Positions 55,967 to 64,000 of a DNA stretch of 64,000 bases are shown here, piece after piece. The notes beneath the pieces are model-generated. The model did no database searches. It was not told the origin of the DNA and saw nothing but the letters and a program-made list of their open reading frames with translations. This stretch comes from a virus, in IMG/VR virus record IMGVR_UViG_3300032087_006453, positions 6,004-70,003 of that record. One strand, written 5' to 3'. Each line of letters opens with the position of its first letter. Within the stretch, counting starts at the first letter, position 1. Made by a program: the position numbers and the translations under genes.

Positions 55967-56911
55967 TTACCGCCTATTGAGAATGTTCATGGACAAGAAT
56001 AACCGCGAAGGGTCATAGTTTACCAAACCAAATTTTTTAAGACAGCTCAAGAATGCAATTTTGTTGTATGACTTCTCATAGATCTCTAAGCTTCCTTCAA
56101 TTTTCTGTATTTGATCGCCTGCCAAGTTTGAAACGTCGAGATGCATGAGTTTGAAGTTGCGCCTGATGAGATCTTTATTTTCCAGAATGCTCGCATAGAT
56201 TTGCAGCTTCGACGTCTTTGCTCGTTCTTGGCACTCTATAAATAAATCGTCCAAGCTAACATTCTCAACTGACCGCAAAATCTCGACTCGGTTTGACAAA
56301 CTTTTTAGACCAACCCTTTTCACACCACCAATGTTATCACTAGAATCTCCGACGCAAGCTCTTACAACCGACATGTTTGACGGAAGCGAATGCATCTTTT
56401 CTAGAACGTCAGATTTACCAATTATTTTTCTTTGGTTTGGAGACCAAACCGTGACTCGGTCATCAATCAGCTGGTAAAAGTCTTTGTCTGATGACACGAT
56501 GATAACCTCGGAGTCCTTGAACTTGTATCTCGCGAGGTAACCAATTACATCATCTGCCTCACAGTCCTTTATGTAGTGTTGCGCAACCGGTAGATGCCTC
56601 AAACACTTCGTAAGAAAAGCGACTTGACCGACCTTGTTTTGATGTGAATCTGGAATTTCATCATCGTAATAGCGGTTCATCTTCTGAGGTTTCTTGCCCT
56701 TCTTGTAATCTGGAAAGATAGCTCGACGCCTAAGGCTACCGCCACCCTCCCAAACAACATGAATTTCTTTGGGTGAAAACTTCTCAGAAAGGCTCGCCAT
56801 CATTCTAACGAATCCTACAACGCCTCCCGCAGGATCCCCGTTGTTCGTCATCGAAGGATTCGCTATGTAGTGCCGAATGAAACAGTTCATCCCATCAATC
56901 AGTAGGATCAT
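55967..56911 (-). CDS. Second 5'-3' exonuclease / flap endonuclease
   Basis: IDGMN, WEG, YKKG, EADDVIG, SSDKDFYQL, GDSSDNIGGV..VG.KS. Confidence 0.88.
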   Translation of the reverse strand: MILLIDGMNCFIRHYIANPSMTNNGDPAGGVVGFVRMMASLSEKFSPKEIHVVWEGGGSLRRRAIFPDYKKGKKPQKMNRYYDDEIPDSHQNKVGQVAFLTKCLRHLPVAQHYIKDCEADDVIGYLARYKFKDSEVIIVSSDKDFYQLIDDRVTVWSPNQRKIIGKSDVLEKMHSLPSNMSVVRACVGDSSDNIGGVKRVGLKSLSNRVEILRSVENVSLDDLFIECQERAKTSKLQIYASILENKDLIRRNFKLMHLDVSNLAGDQIQKIEGSLEIYEKSYNKIAFLSCLKKFGLVNYDPSRLFLSMNILNRR

Positions 56912-56913
56912 GC

Positions 56914-58098
56914 TTACTCCGGCGAAACAAAGTCATCCTCAAGTTCCATCGAAATAGCTCTAACTTCTTCATACGATTCAGTGTCAATGTCAATCTCTGC
57001 TCGTCGAACAAACGCATTTTCGATAAGAGCATCGATGTAAGGCTTGTACTCTGGATTTTTGATGATCTCGCCGAAGTCAGACTTGTAAAACTTCTTGCTA
57101 ACAATGTCCTTACCGGTTTCAGAATCCTTCACAGTGAAGTGCTTCCAGGACCCCGTTCCAGAAACATCAATCTCCTTTCCGTCTTTCACGACCGGATCAA
57201 AACGACGAAGCTCATCAAACAGCTCTTCATGCTCGAAGATACCCTTGCCAAAGTGAATCTGAAACTTGACTGTCCTGAACGGAGGGGCAACCTTGTTTTT
57301 GATTGTCTTCGCCGATACATTGATGCCAATTACTTCCTTGTCCTTGTTCTCGATCGGTCGACCTGCGCCCAGCTTGATTCGAACCGAGGAATGGAACGGG
57401 ATGGCCTTTCCACCTGGAGTTGTGGTTGGGTCACCGTACATGACACCGATCTTCGTTCGGATCTGGTTGAGGCAGACAAACAGAACCTTTTGATTAGCGA
57501 TGATTCCGTTAATCTTTCTCATGCCCTTGGAGATTGCTCGAGCCTGAAGTCCGATGCTATCCTTGTCATAATCGCCTACCAACTCTGCCTTCGGAGATGA
57601 CGCAGCCACAGAATCCCAGATAATCGTAATCGGAACGTCTTTCCCCATTGCGCGGGCCTTCATAATCGTTGCCTCGGCAATGCTCAGAACCTCCTCAGTA
57701 CAGTGCGTGTCAACATAGACGAATCGTTGCTTGATATTCACGCCTAGAAGGGAAAGGTTCTCAACGGAGGTTGCATTCTCCGTGTCGATGTATACGACGA
57801 TGCCGCCTGCCTTCTGGGTGCTTACGGCTAGCTGGATTGCGATATGAGACTTTCCAATTGATGGCGGACCAAAAATTTCAACAATCCTTCCCTCTGGAAG
57901 ACCTCCGTCTAATCGGTTTGCAATAATTGCATCAAGCTGTCGTGAGCCTGTGCTGATCCATCGATTCACGTGAGTAGGCGAATCATCGTATGCCAAGTTG
58001 TATGCAACCTTAGATCCGCAGTCCTTGTTGAGCTGAGAGATCAGGTCTGCCGTAAAGTCGTCTTCTTGCTTCTTCTTCTTTGCCACAAAAACCTCCAC
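56914..58098 (-). CDS. recA: RecA recombinase
   Basis: ISTGS, GGLPEGRIVEIFGPPSIGKS, YIDTENA, WDSVAA, NQIRTKIGVMYGDPTTTPGGKA, KNKVAPPFR. Confidence 0.95.
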   Translation of the reverse strand: MEVFVAKKKKQEDDFTADLISQLNKDCGSKVAYNLAYDDSPTHVNRWISTGSRQLDAIIANRLDGGLPEGRIVEIFGPPSIGKSHIAIQLAVSTQKAGGIVVYIDTENATSVENLSLLGVNIKQRFVYVDTHCTEEVLSIAEATIMKARAMGKDVPITIIWDSVAASSPKAELVGDYDKDSIGLQARAISKGMRKINGIIANQKVLFVCLNQIRTKIGVMYGDPTTTPGGKAIPFHSSVRIKLGAGRPIENKDKEVIGINVSAKTIKNKVAPPFRTVKFQIHFGKGIFEHEELFDELRRFDPVVKDGKEIDVSGTGSWKHFTVKDSETGKDIVSKKFYKSDFGEIIKNPEYKPYIDALIENAFVRRAEIDIDTESYEEVRAISMELEDDFVSPE

Positions 58099-58100
58099 AG

Positions 58101-58129
58101 AAAAAAATACAGCGCCCGAAGGCGCTGTT
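58101..58129 (-). terminator. Rho-independent terminator after the SSB gene
   Basis: ACAGCGCC-TTCG-GGCGCTGT-ATTTTTTT on the minus strand. Confidence 0.8.
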
Positions 58130-58152
58130 CAATGACTATCAATCGATTTCAG

Positions 58153-58944
58153 TTAGAAATTCTGAAGATCGTTGAATGCGTCATCGAGATCCTTGTACTT
58201 CTTGCCTGAGGACCCTGAATCCTTTGGCGGTGGAGGAGAAGCCTCGCTAGTACTTGTCTGAGCTGCTCGAGCCGTGTCCTCGTCCGGAGCGCCGGCATCT
58301 AGCCACTCGTTGATAATCTTCTCCAGCTCCTCGTACGACTTGCAGCTGAACATGTCATCTAGACTTGGAAGATTATCCATCCACTGCTTGATCTGCGACT
58401 TATCCTCGGAGAGAGGGGTCGACCGAGGTCGAGCACGAACACTAGTGTTTGCCCACTTGCGACCAGGCTGCTTTGTGCACTCCACCTTGATATCGAATCC
58501 CTCGAGTGGATCGGTGATGTCGCCAAAGTCTTCATCGAGCATGATGTTCAGAAGATCTTGATAGACCGTCTTTCCGAAAGACCAGATTCGAGGACCCTTG
58601 TCTTCCTCGCCTCGGACAACAACGTACGCGTAGCTTCGCATCTTGGGATAGAGCTTCTTAGCTAGCTCGTAGGACTCCTTAGAACCGTCATCCCGAAGCT
58701 TGTTGATAAGCTCCTGGAAGGGATCAGGATCGCCGAACTGATGTGGAGTTAGAAGTCCACGATTCGCACCGATTCCGTAATAGAACCAACGCTCAGCGAA
58801 GGGTTGTCCGTCGTTGTCTGGGAAGGAAATGAGACGGACGGTCGAAGTCTCACCTTCCTGTGGTCGCCACATGACGTTGCGACGAGAATTATTGCCACTC
58901 AGCTGGCCGAGCTTACGGCGCAGCGCATCAAAGTCAATAGCCAT
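58153..58944 (-). CDS. T4 gp32-like single-stranded DNA-binding protein
   Basis: WRP..G...VRL, DPDP, IWSFGKTVY, DITDP..GFD, acidic/aromatic C-terminal DDAFNDL. Confidence 0.85.
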   Translation of the reverse strand: MAIDFDALRRKLGQLSGNNSRRNVMWRPQEGETSTVRLISFPDNDGQPFAERWFYYGIGANRGLLTPHQFGDPDPFQELINKLRDDGSKESYELAKKLYPKMRSYAYVVVRGEEDKGPRIWSFGKTVYQDLLNIMLDEDFGDITDPLEGFDIKVECTKQPGRKWANTSVRARPRSTPLSEDKSQIKQWMDNLPSLDDMFSCKSYEELEKIINEWLDAGAPDEDTARAAQTSTSEASPPPPKDSGSSGKKYKDLDDAFNDLQNF

Positions 58945-59061
58945 TCAAACCTCCAAATTGGTAACTTGCTATCGTGTTTTCAGTGAGTGTTTCCACTCAC
59001 CAAACTGTATGTCAAATGTAGTAAATTTTCAAATGTTTATTTGTGTTATGGAAACAAGATG

Positions 59062-59328
59062 CTAGGGTTCAGAATCCTCGTCGCTGCTCCGGAAGCGAAG
59101 CGTCGGTGACATTCCCCTGGCCGTACGGAACTCGATGTATCCTTCAACTTCGTCCCTCAAAGAATCCAACGCGTCGATGATGGGGCCTGGAGCCCTGCTC
59201 AAATACGAGGAGACGTAACTATCCAGCGCGCTGTTGAGACGATCAACCGCAGTAGTGCTAGGCGCTTCATCTAGGCGAGCCTTCTCTTCCTTGATAATTC
59301 TTCTGAGTTGTCGCTTTGTAATTTTCAT
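59062..59328 (-). CDS. Leader-bearing small protein
   Basis: MKITKRQLRRIIKEEKARLDE|A. Confidence 0.65.
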   Translation of the reverse strand: MKITKRQLRRIIKEEKARLDEAPSTTAVDRLNSALDSYVSSYLSRAPGPIIDALDSLRDEVEGYIEFRTARGMSPTLRFRSSDEDSEP

Positions 59329-59330
59329 CT

Positions 59331-59561
59331 TTAGTTCATGGAATAAGGGTTGATGCCGAAGTTTCGAAGAGCTTCGGTGAGATCTGAAACGAACATGTAA
59401 ACGTTGCCAGTTGGTCCAAGCTTCTCTGCCGTTGAAACCGCGTCCTCGATCATGTTAGCAAGTTCGCGCAGTCTCTTCATGTCTTCTGGATCGACCGGGC
59501 GATCTGGAGGTCCTGCATATTCCTTGATGATTCTTCTAAGCTGTTTCTTCGTGATTTTCAT
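59331..59561 (-). CDS. Leader-bearing small protein
   Basis: MKITKKQLRRIIKE|Y. Confidence 0.65.
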   Translation of the reverse strand: MKITKKQLRRIIKEYAGPPDRPVDPEDMKRLRELANMIEDAVSTAEKLGPTGNVYMFVSDLTEALRNFGINPYSMN

Positions 59562-59562
59562 T

Positions 59563-59793
59563 TTAATCTCCATCGATGATTCTGGACATTCTGTCGTTGG
59601 CCACGTCATCCATGATCTCTTGCAGAATGTCTACAAGAAACTCCCTGGTTGCCCCCTCTTCCAGAAGCATTAGAAGAGCTTTCTCTATGTCTCTCATTGC
59701 ATCGTGTATGGCGGCAGGGGAAACGTAATTTTCCTGAAGCTTCCTCCTTTCCTCAAGCACGATTCTCTTCAGCTGTCTCTTTGTGATCTTCAT
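59563..59793 (-). CDS. Leader-bearing small protein
   Basis: MKITKRQLKRIVLEERRKLQE|N. Confidence 0.65.
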   Translation of the reverse strand: MKITKRQLKRIVLEERRKLQENYVSPAAIHDAMRDIEKALLMLLEEGATREFLVDILQEIMDDVANDRMSRIIDGD

Positions 59794-59984
59794 TAACTTC
59801 CTCGCTTCCTACGTGGCTTTTTGCGATTAGGATAGTTGGGACCGGTTCCCAATGGTGTCGTCACACCGGCAACGCCGCCGGCGGAGACTTCATCCTTTTC
59901 TTCACCTTCCTGCTCGTCATCCTCATCGATCACTGCTGATTCAAGAACGCGACGAACAAAAGATCTGATTTTTCGCTCTGACAT
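59793..59984 (-). CDS. Leader-bearing small protein
   Basis: KIRSFVRRVLE|S; VAGVTTPLG. Confidence 0.6.
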   Translation of the reverse strand: MSERKIRSFVRRVLESAVIDEDDEQEGEEKDEVSAGGVAGVTTPLGTGPNYPNRKKPRRKRGS

Positions 59985-60010
59985 CCGATCACCTAACGCT
60001 TGTATAACTA

Positions 60011-60583
60011 TTAGGCTCGTTTCGAAACGATGTGCTTTGCGTGCTGAATCAGCGTAGCAATGTTGGGTTCACTGTGAACGTACCAGCGGTTTTCCTCGAA
60101 GTGGAAGCCACCTGCTAGCTGGATTGCCAGCCACTCATCCCTCGTGAGCTTGACGCCAAAGTGCTGAAGGAGAAACTGCGTTCGATGAGGAACGGCCATC
60201 TTCTGAACTCCTTCAGCATCGTTGAACTTGTAATGAGCCCCGTGCTTATCTCTGTACCAGCCGTTATCCTGAGGAAGCAACCAATCGTGCTCTAGATCAC
60301 CAATCTTTCCAAGATCGTGGAGAAGAGCAACCTTCACAATTGATCGCTTCAGATCTGGATTGAGATCGTAAGCTTCAATGAGCTTGATCGCAGTTTTTGC
60401 AATCTGAAGTGAGGTGTGAATCATGCCTCCGGGTTCACATCCCGGTTCATGAACGAACCTCGTGTTTGGCGTCATGATAATCCTCTCGCCCAGCTGCTCA
60501 AACAGAGACTCAACCGGTGCGGGATCCTCAAATGTCGACTTCACAAGCGAGCTGTACTGAGCCCACAGACTTTCAATATCCAT
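60011..60583 (-). CDS. HD-domain hydrolase (YhaM-like)
   Basis: PGGMIH, LLHDLGKIG, HRTQFLLQ, EWLAI. Confidence 0.75.
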   Translation of the reverse strand: MDIESLWAQYSSLVKSTFEDPAPVESLFEQLGERIIMTPNTRFVHEPGCEPGGMIHTSLQIAKTAIKLIEAYDLNPDLKRSIVKVALLHDLGKIGDLEHDWLLPQDNGWYRDKHGAHYKFNDAEGVQKMAVPHRTQFLLQHFGVKLTRDEWLAIQLAGGFHFEENRWYVHSEPNIATLIQHAKHIVSKRA

Positions 60584-60602
60584 CTAGCCCTCCGGCTAAA
60601 TG

Positions 60603-61097
60603 TTACTCGCTTTTTTCTGTTTGTTCAGGCTTTGCAGCTGTCTGTGCTCGTCCGACCCACCTTGCCTTTCCGCCCTTCGTGGGATAGATAATGACGCCTC
60701 GCCCGCCGGTTTCGTGCTGAACCCTGATGTCTTCGAGCTGTCTGATAAACCCACCTTCGAAAGCCGCAATCAGAAAAATTGCAAGGTACTGCGTCATTGA
60801 CTTAATGTCGATGTTTCCGATCGGAACAAAGAAACCTTTTCTGCCCTTATCGTCGGAGATTGCAAACGGCGTTCCAAATGCATCGCTGAACGCCTGCTCT
60901 CTCCTGGCTTTTGCGATCAAGTCCGCTGAAGCTTCAATTGCAGTTCCCTTTTTAGAAGGACCGGAAATGCCCAAGCTTCTAAAAATCTCATTCGGCTGCT
61001 TGAGCTTTAGATCATCTCTAGGACGCCCACGATACGAGGCAACGATATCATTCCCAACACCCGTCCTCTTTTCAACTAATAGCTCAATTGCATTCAC
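60603..61097 (-). CDS. Hypothetical protein
   Basis: 164-aa coupled ORF; LLVE near the N-terminus. Confidence 0.5.
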   Translation of the reverse strand: MNAIELLVEKRTGVGNDIVASYRGRPRDDLKLKQPNEIFRSLGISGPSKKGTAIEASADLIAKARREQAFSDAFGTPFAISDDKGRKGFFVPIGNIDIKSMTQYLAIFLIAAFEGGFIRQLEDIRVQHETGGRGVIIYPTKGGKARWVGRAQTAAKPEQTEKSE

Positions 61098-62256
61098 CGA
61101 ACTTCTCCACTTTAACTTCTAGATTTGCAGGCTTGCCAAGCAAATCAATCGTTATCCCATCATTAAGTATGTGTTTGAGAAACTTGCTGTAACCTTCGGG
61201 AACATCACAAACAAGCTCATCGTGAATCATGAACAGAGGAACGGCTTCCGAACAGCCCATGTCGTATATTTTCGAGAACCCGAGAACAGCAGCATCAACC
61301 GCAGTGCTTTGAACGTATGCGTTGAACTTCTTGTGATCGCTATCAGGATAGATCGGCCGGCCGTAAGCATTGTACTTTGCGTCTAGCTTTTCGATCTCGT
61401 CAATTCCAAATATCGTCCTCAGCTGCTTCTGCTGATCGTTTGTAATTTTCCCGTACTTTCTACCGGCGGCATGGATCGACATTCCGTAAATGATTGACAA
61501 CGTCATGATTTTTGCTGTCGACCGGCCCAGCTTTCCACCGAAGATCGAGTTATCAATCCAGGAGTAAACATCTCCCTTTGGACTGTGGCCCTGAAGAGCC
61601 AATGCAATTCTAGGCTCAAGACTTGAATAGTCAATCGAAACAATCTCGCCGTTAGTGAAGCGGGACTTTACGATGCTTCGGTGCTCTCTCTTGAGAGTTA
61701 GAATCTTTGGACCGGATTTCACCTTCATTCGACCGGTCGAGCTTTCGGTAGTGTTGTACACGACCTTTTCTGCAATGCCTGAGCTAGACTTGAAGCTTCT
61801 GAGATTTGTTAGCTGCGTTCCGTCTTCTTCGAGCCTCATTGCCCTTTCTAGCCGATTAGCATCGATGTGAGCGCCCTGAAGGCTTTTCAGGAACCTCTGA
61901 TTATTGAGATACGTTTTTTCATAGCCTGATTTTTGGAGTTCTTCCATGATCCCAGAACAGCCGCTGATCAAATCTTCTATGGTCTTCCTGTAGACTTTTG
62001 CATCGATCGCCTTTGACCAACCAATCTCTTTTGGCTGGATACCTAGAGATGCAAAGAACTTTGCCTGAGGCAGTGACATAAACGTTGTGATTTCGGTTCT
62101 GAATAGTTCGGCAAGGCTCTCTATGTTTCTGCTGCTTTCCTTGCAGCCGAGCGCCCACTTGTCTTCGGGAATGGTCCCTGTCCAACCGAAGCCGTCGTCT
62201 CGAACATTCATGTGAGCGTCGGTTCCGATAACTGAATTGTCGATGTAGTACTGCAT
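61084..62256 (-). CDS. Minimal family A DNA polymerase (polymerase core only)
   Basis: STGRM, IDYSSLEPR (motif A), R..AK...LSIIYG (motif B), NAYVQSTA.D, IHDEL (motif C). Confidence 0.8.
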   Translation of the reverse strand: MQYYIDNSVIGTDAHMNVRDDGFGWTGTIPEDKWALGCKESSRNIESLAELFRTEITTFMSLPQAKFFASLGIQPKEIGWSKAIDAKVYRKTIEDLISGCSGIMEELQKSGYEKTYLNNQRFLKSLQGAHIDANRLERAMRLEEDGTQLTNLRSFKSSSGIAEKVVYNTTESSTGRMKVKSGPKILTLKREHRSIVKSRFTNGEIVSIDYSSLEPRIALALQGHSPKGDVYSWIDNSIFGGKLGRSTAKIMTLSIIYGMSIHAAGRKYGKITNDQQKQLRTIFGIDEIEKLDAKYNAYGRPIYPDSDHKKFNAYVQSTAVDAAVLGFSKIYDMGCSEAVPLFMIHDELVCDVPEGYSKFLKHILNDGITIDLLGKPANLEVKVEKFGECN

Positions 62257-62291
62257 GCAAAATCTTAACGCTGCATGCACTGTTTTACAGG

Positions 62292-64000
62292 CTAGTCTTC
62301 GTTGATCTCTTGCAGGGTCGACTGAATGGCCTGAACCTGTGTGATCGCCGATCGGAACTTCTCGAACCCGTCGACCTGCGTGAACTTTGCGTTTGTCCTG
62401 AATTCGCCTGGCGAGAAGCTGTGGTCGATTCCAGTGCAGACGTAGAAGTTGTCAACGTTGGTGTTTGTGCCGAAGTCGAAGAACACCTCTGTTCCGTATG
62501 AGATCAGCGGCATCCCAAACATCGTGACATTGAGCTGCGTTGGCTGAACAAATGTTGGAAATCCTTGGTCATCGTTACCCGTTGCCGAACCCTTCGAGGA
62601 AGCGTTGTTTGCAATCCGGATCGATGCCAATGCCGGATCGTTCATGCTGGAAAGCTGCGCGTTGATGACAGGGTTTCCGGTCGAGCCGATCAGGCAGCTA
62701 GGTGCGGTTCTCTTGAGAGCTTCCTTGAGTGCCCTTGCGGAAACGCGCGGCTTGATGAGATTTTCGGTCGGAGCCTGAGTTCCCTCTGATGTTTCTGCCG
62801 CGCGCGGTAATTCAATCGCACCCGATGCATCAAGGTTTGCGAGAACCTTGGCAAACCTCTCGTTGTGACCGGCGATCGATCCTTGTTCCTCGAATCCGTT
62901 ATCAAGTTCGTTCTGCTCGGTTGAGGTTGTTTGTGATATTCCAAAGTTCTGTCGAGCGAGAGAGTTGTAGATCATTGCCTGCGACTCTGATGTCGTTGCC
63001 GATTTGTCGAACATGAATATGCGAAGGATTGTTTTTTCCTCATCCACAGAGTCCGCTGCTTCAGAGCCACCGAAGGTGATTCCAGGAACAGCTTCCATGA
63101 CCATTTGCAACTGAGGTTTCCGGAACTCGATCGAAGAATTTTCTGGGTAAGCTTCCTTTAGTGATTGTGTCTTTGCGTCTGCAAGCGCTGACGGGTTTTC
63201 GTATTTTGACTTCAGCTCTACGCTTCCGGAGACGAGATTATAGAACTTATTTAGACGATAGACCTTGCTTGTGAACTCGTCTTGAATGAATTCACGATTT
63301 ATGAAATCGATGAACTGCCTGATCGTGCAGTCCTTTAGCGGAAACTCATCATCGAACTTGCTCTCAAAATCGCTAACCTTGATTGGAAACTGAGCAATGT
63401 TGTGGTGCCTAACGTGCCCAGCCAGCCTGTTGAACGAATAAAATATGAACTGCACCTCATCAAATTTACCGGATGCTGCCAGAGGCGCACCAACAAAGTT
63501 CATCAGCAGCTTACCCAACGAGCAGTGTGATCTGTTCATCTCGCCACGTCTGATGGAGAAATCATTGCCATAATCTGCTGTCGTCATTGCTTGGGAAGGG
63601 AATCGAGAAGCAAACGGATCTTTAACATCACGTAAGAGTCCGATTTTTTTTCTAAAGGTACTGGAAGATGAATCTATGATTTCACCTCTCTGACCGTCAT
63701 CGCCTTTCGTCCCGAACAATTGTTCCAACAGCGCCTGAAGTTCGGATCCCTTGTTTGCTCTGTTTTTTATGAACTCCTGGATTACGACTCGATCCTCGTC
63801 GCTGATTCTTAGAACCGAGCTAGTGCTTGACGATGCGGGAATGATTGTTTTTCCGACAACATCCGAGAGCTTCGTGTTCGCACCCCTAATTCTTGACAAT
63901 TCTTCCTGAAGCCTCTCGACCGTACCGTCCAGCTGCTCGAGCAAGTTTGAGGACGTGGTCGTATCATTCACGTTTGCGGTGAATGAGTCCGAAGCGCCTC
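62292..64000 (-). CDS. Probable baseplate hub / tail-associated protein (5' truncated)
   Basis: C-terminal LNVTMFGMPLI..G..FFDFGT..DNFY..TGIDHSF..GEF.T pattern typical of gpD/gp27-like hubs. Confidence 0.5.
   Translation of the reverse strand, partial: GASDSFTANVNDTTTSSNLLEQLDGTVERLQEELSRIRGANTKLSDVVGKTIIPASSSTSSVLRISDEDRVVIQEFIKNRANKGSELQALLEQLFGTKGDDGQRGEIIDSSSSTFRKKIGLLRDVKDPFASRFPSQAMTTADYGNDFSIRRGEMNRSHCSLGKLLMNFVGAPLAASGKFDEVQFIFYSFNRLAGHVRHHNIAQFPIKVSDFESKFDDEFPLKDCTIRQFIDFINREFIQDEFTSKVYRLNKFYNLVSGSVELKSKYENPSALADAKTQSLKEAYPENSSIEFRKPQLQMVMEAVPGITFGGSEAADSVDEEKTILRIFMFDKSATTSESQAMIYNSLARQNFGISQTTSTEQNELDNGFEEQGSIAGHNERFAKVLANLDASGAIELPRAAETSEGTQAPTENLIKPRVSARALKEALKRTAPSCLIGSTGNPVINAQLSSMNDPALASIRIANNASSKGSATGNDDQGFPTFVQPTQLNVTMFGMPLISYGTEVFFDFGTNTNVDNFYVCTGIDHSFSPGEFRTNAKFTQVDGFEKFRSAITQVQAIQSTLQEINED

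Noticed and set aside
46915-58098. Inteins or introns in dnaE, nrdJ, dnaB and recA
   Set aside because: Lengths are normal and no intein C-terminal HN-C/S/T or LAGLIDADG blocks were seen; the DnaE PHP insertion lacks splicing motifs.
3235-63016. Many short plus-strand ORFs overlapping minus-strand genes
   Set aside because: Shadow ORFs antisense to well-supported genes, with no RBS or recognisable motifs.

Overview
A 64 kb segment of a large (jumbo-type), probably myovirus-like, dsDNA bacteriophage. Genes are densely packed, mostly on the minus strand, and use the standard code. It carries: (1) a replication/recombination block (family A polymerase core, T4 gp32-like SSB, RecA, 5'-3' exonuclease, DnaB, class II RNR, DnaE); (2) nucleotide metabolism and probable DNA hypermodification genes (ThyX, an Asp-type ThyA-fold dCMP hydroxymethylase-like enzyme, dUTPase, dCMP deaminase, an SGNH-like/amino acid:DNA transferase/PLP-enzyme trio, and an MBD4-like glycosylase); (3) five CCA-less tRNAs with a Rnl1-like ligase, a HAD phosphatase and a CCA-adding enzyme; (4) GroEL, an apparently split sigma-70, UvsE, cysteine synthase, an alarmone hydrolase and a YHS-SodC fusion. 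About 25 otherwise unrelated proteins share a basic amphipathic leader ending in [IL]-x-E (MKLLREYVRQLLSE|A, MKITKRQLRRIIKE). I interpret this as a capsid-targeting / prohead-protease signal marking a large injected cargo, including an array of five GNAT-like paralogs. All product calls come from motif recognition by eye, and no database searches were run.
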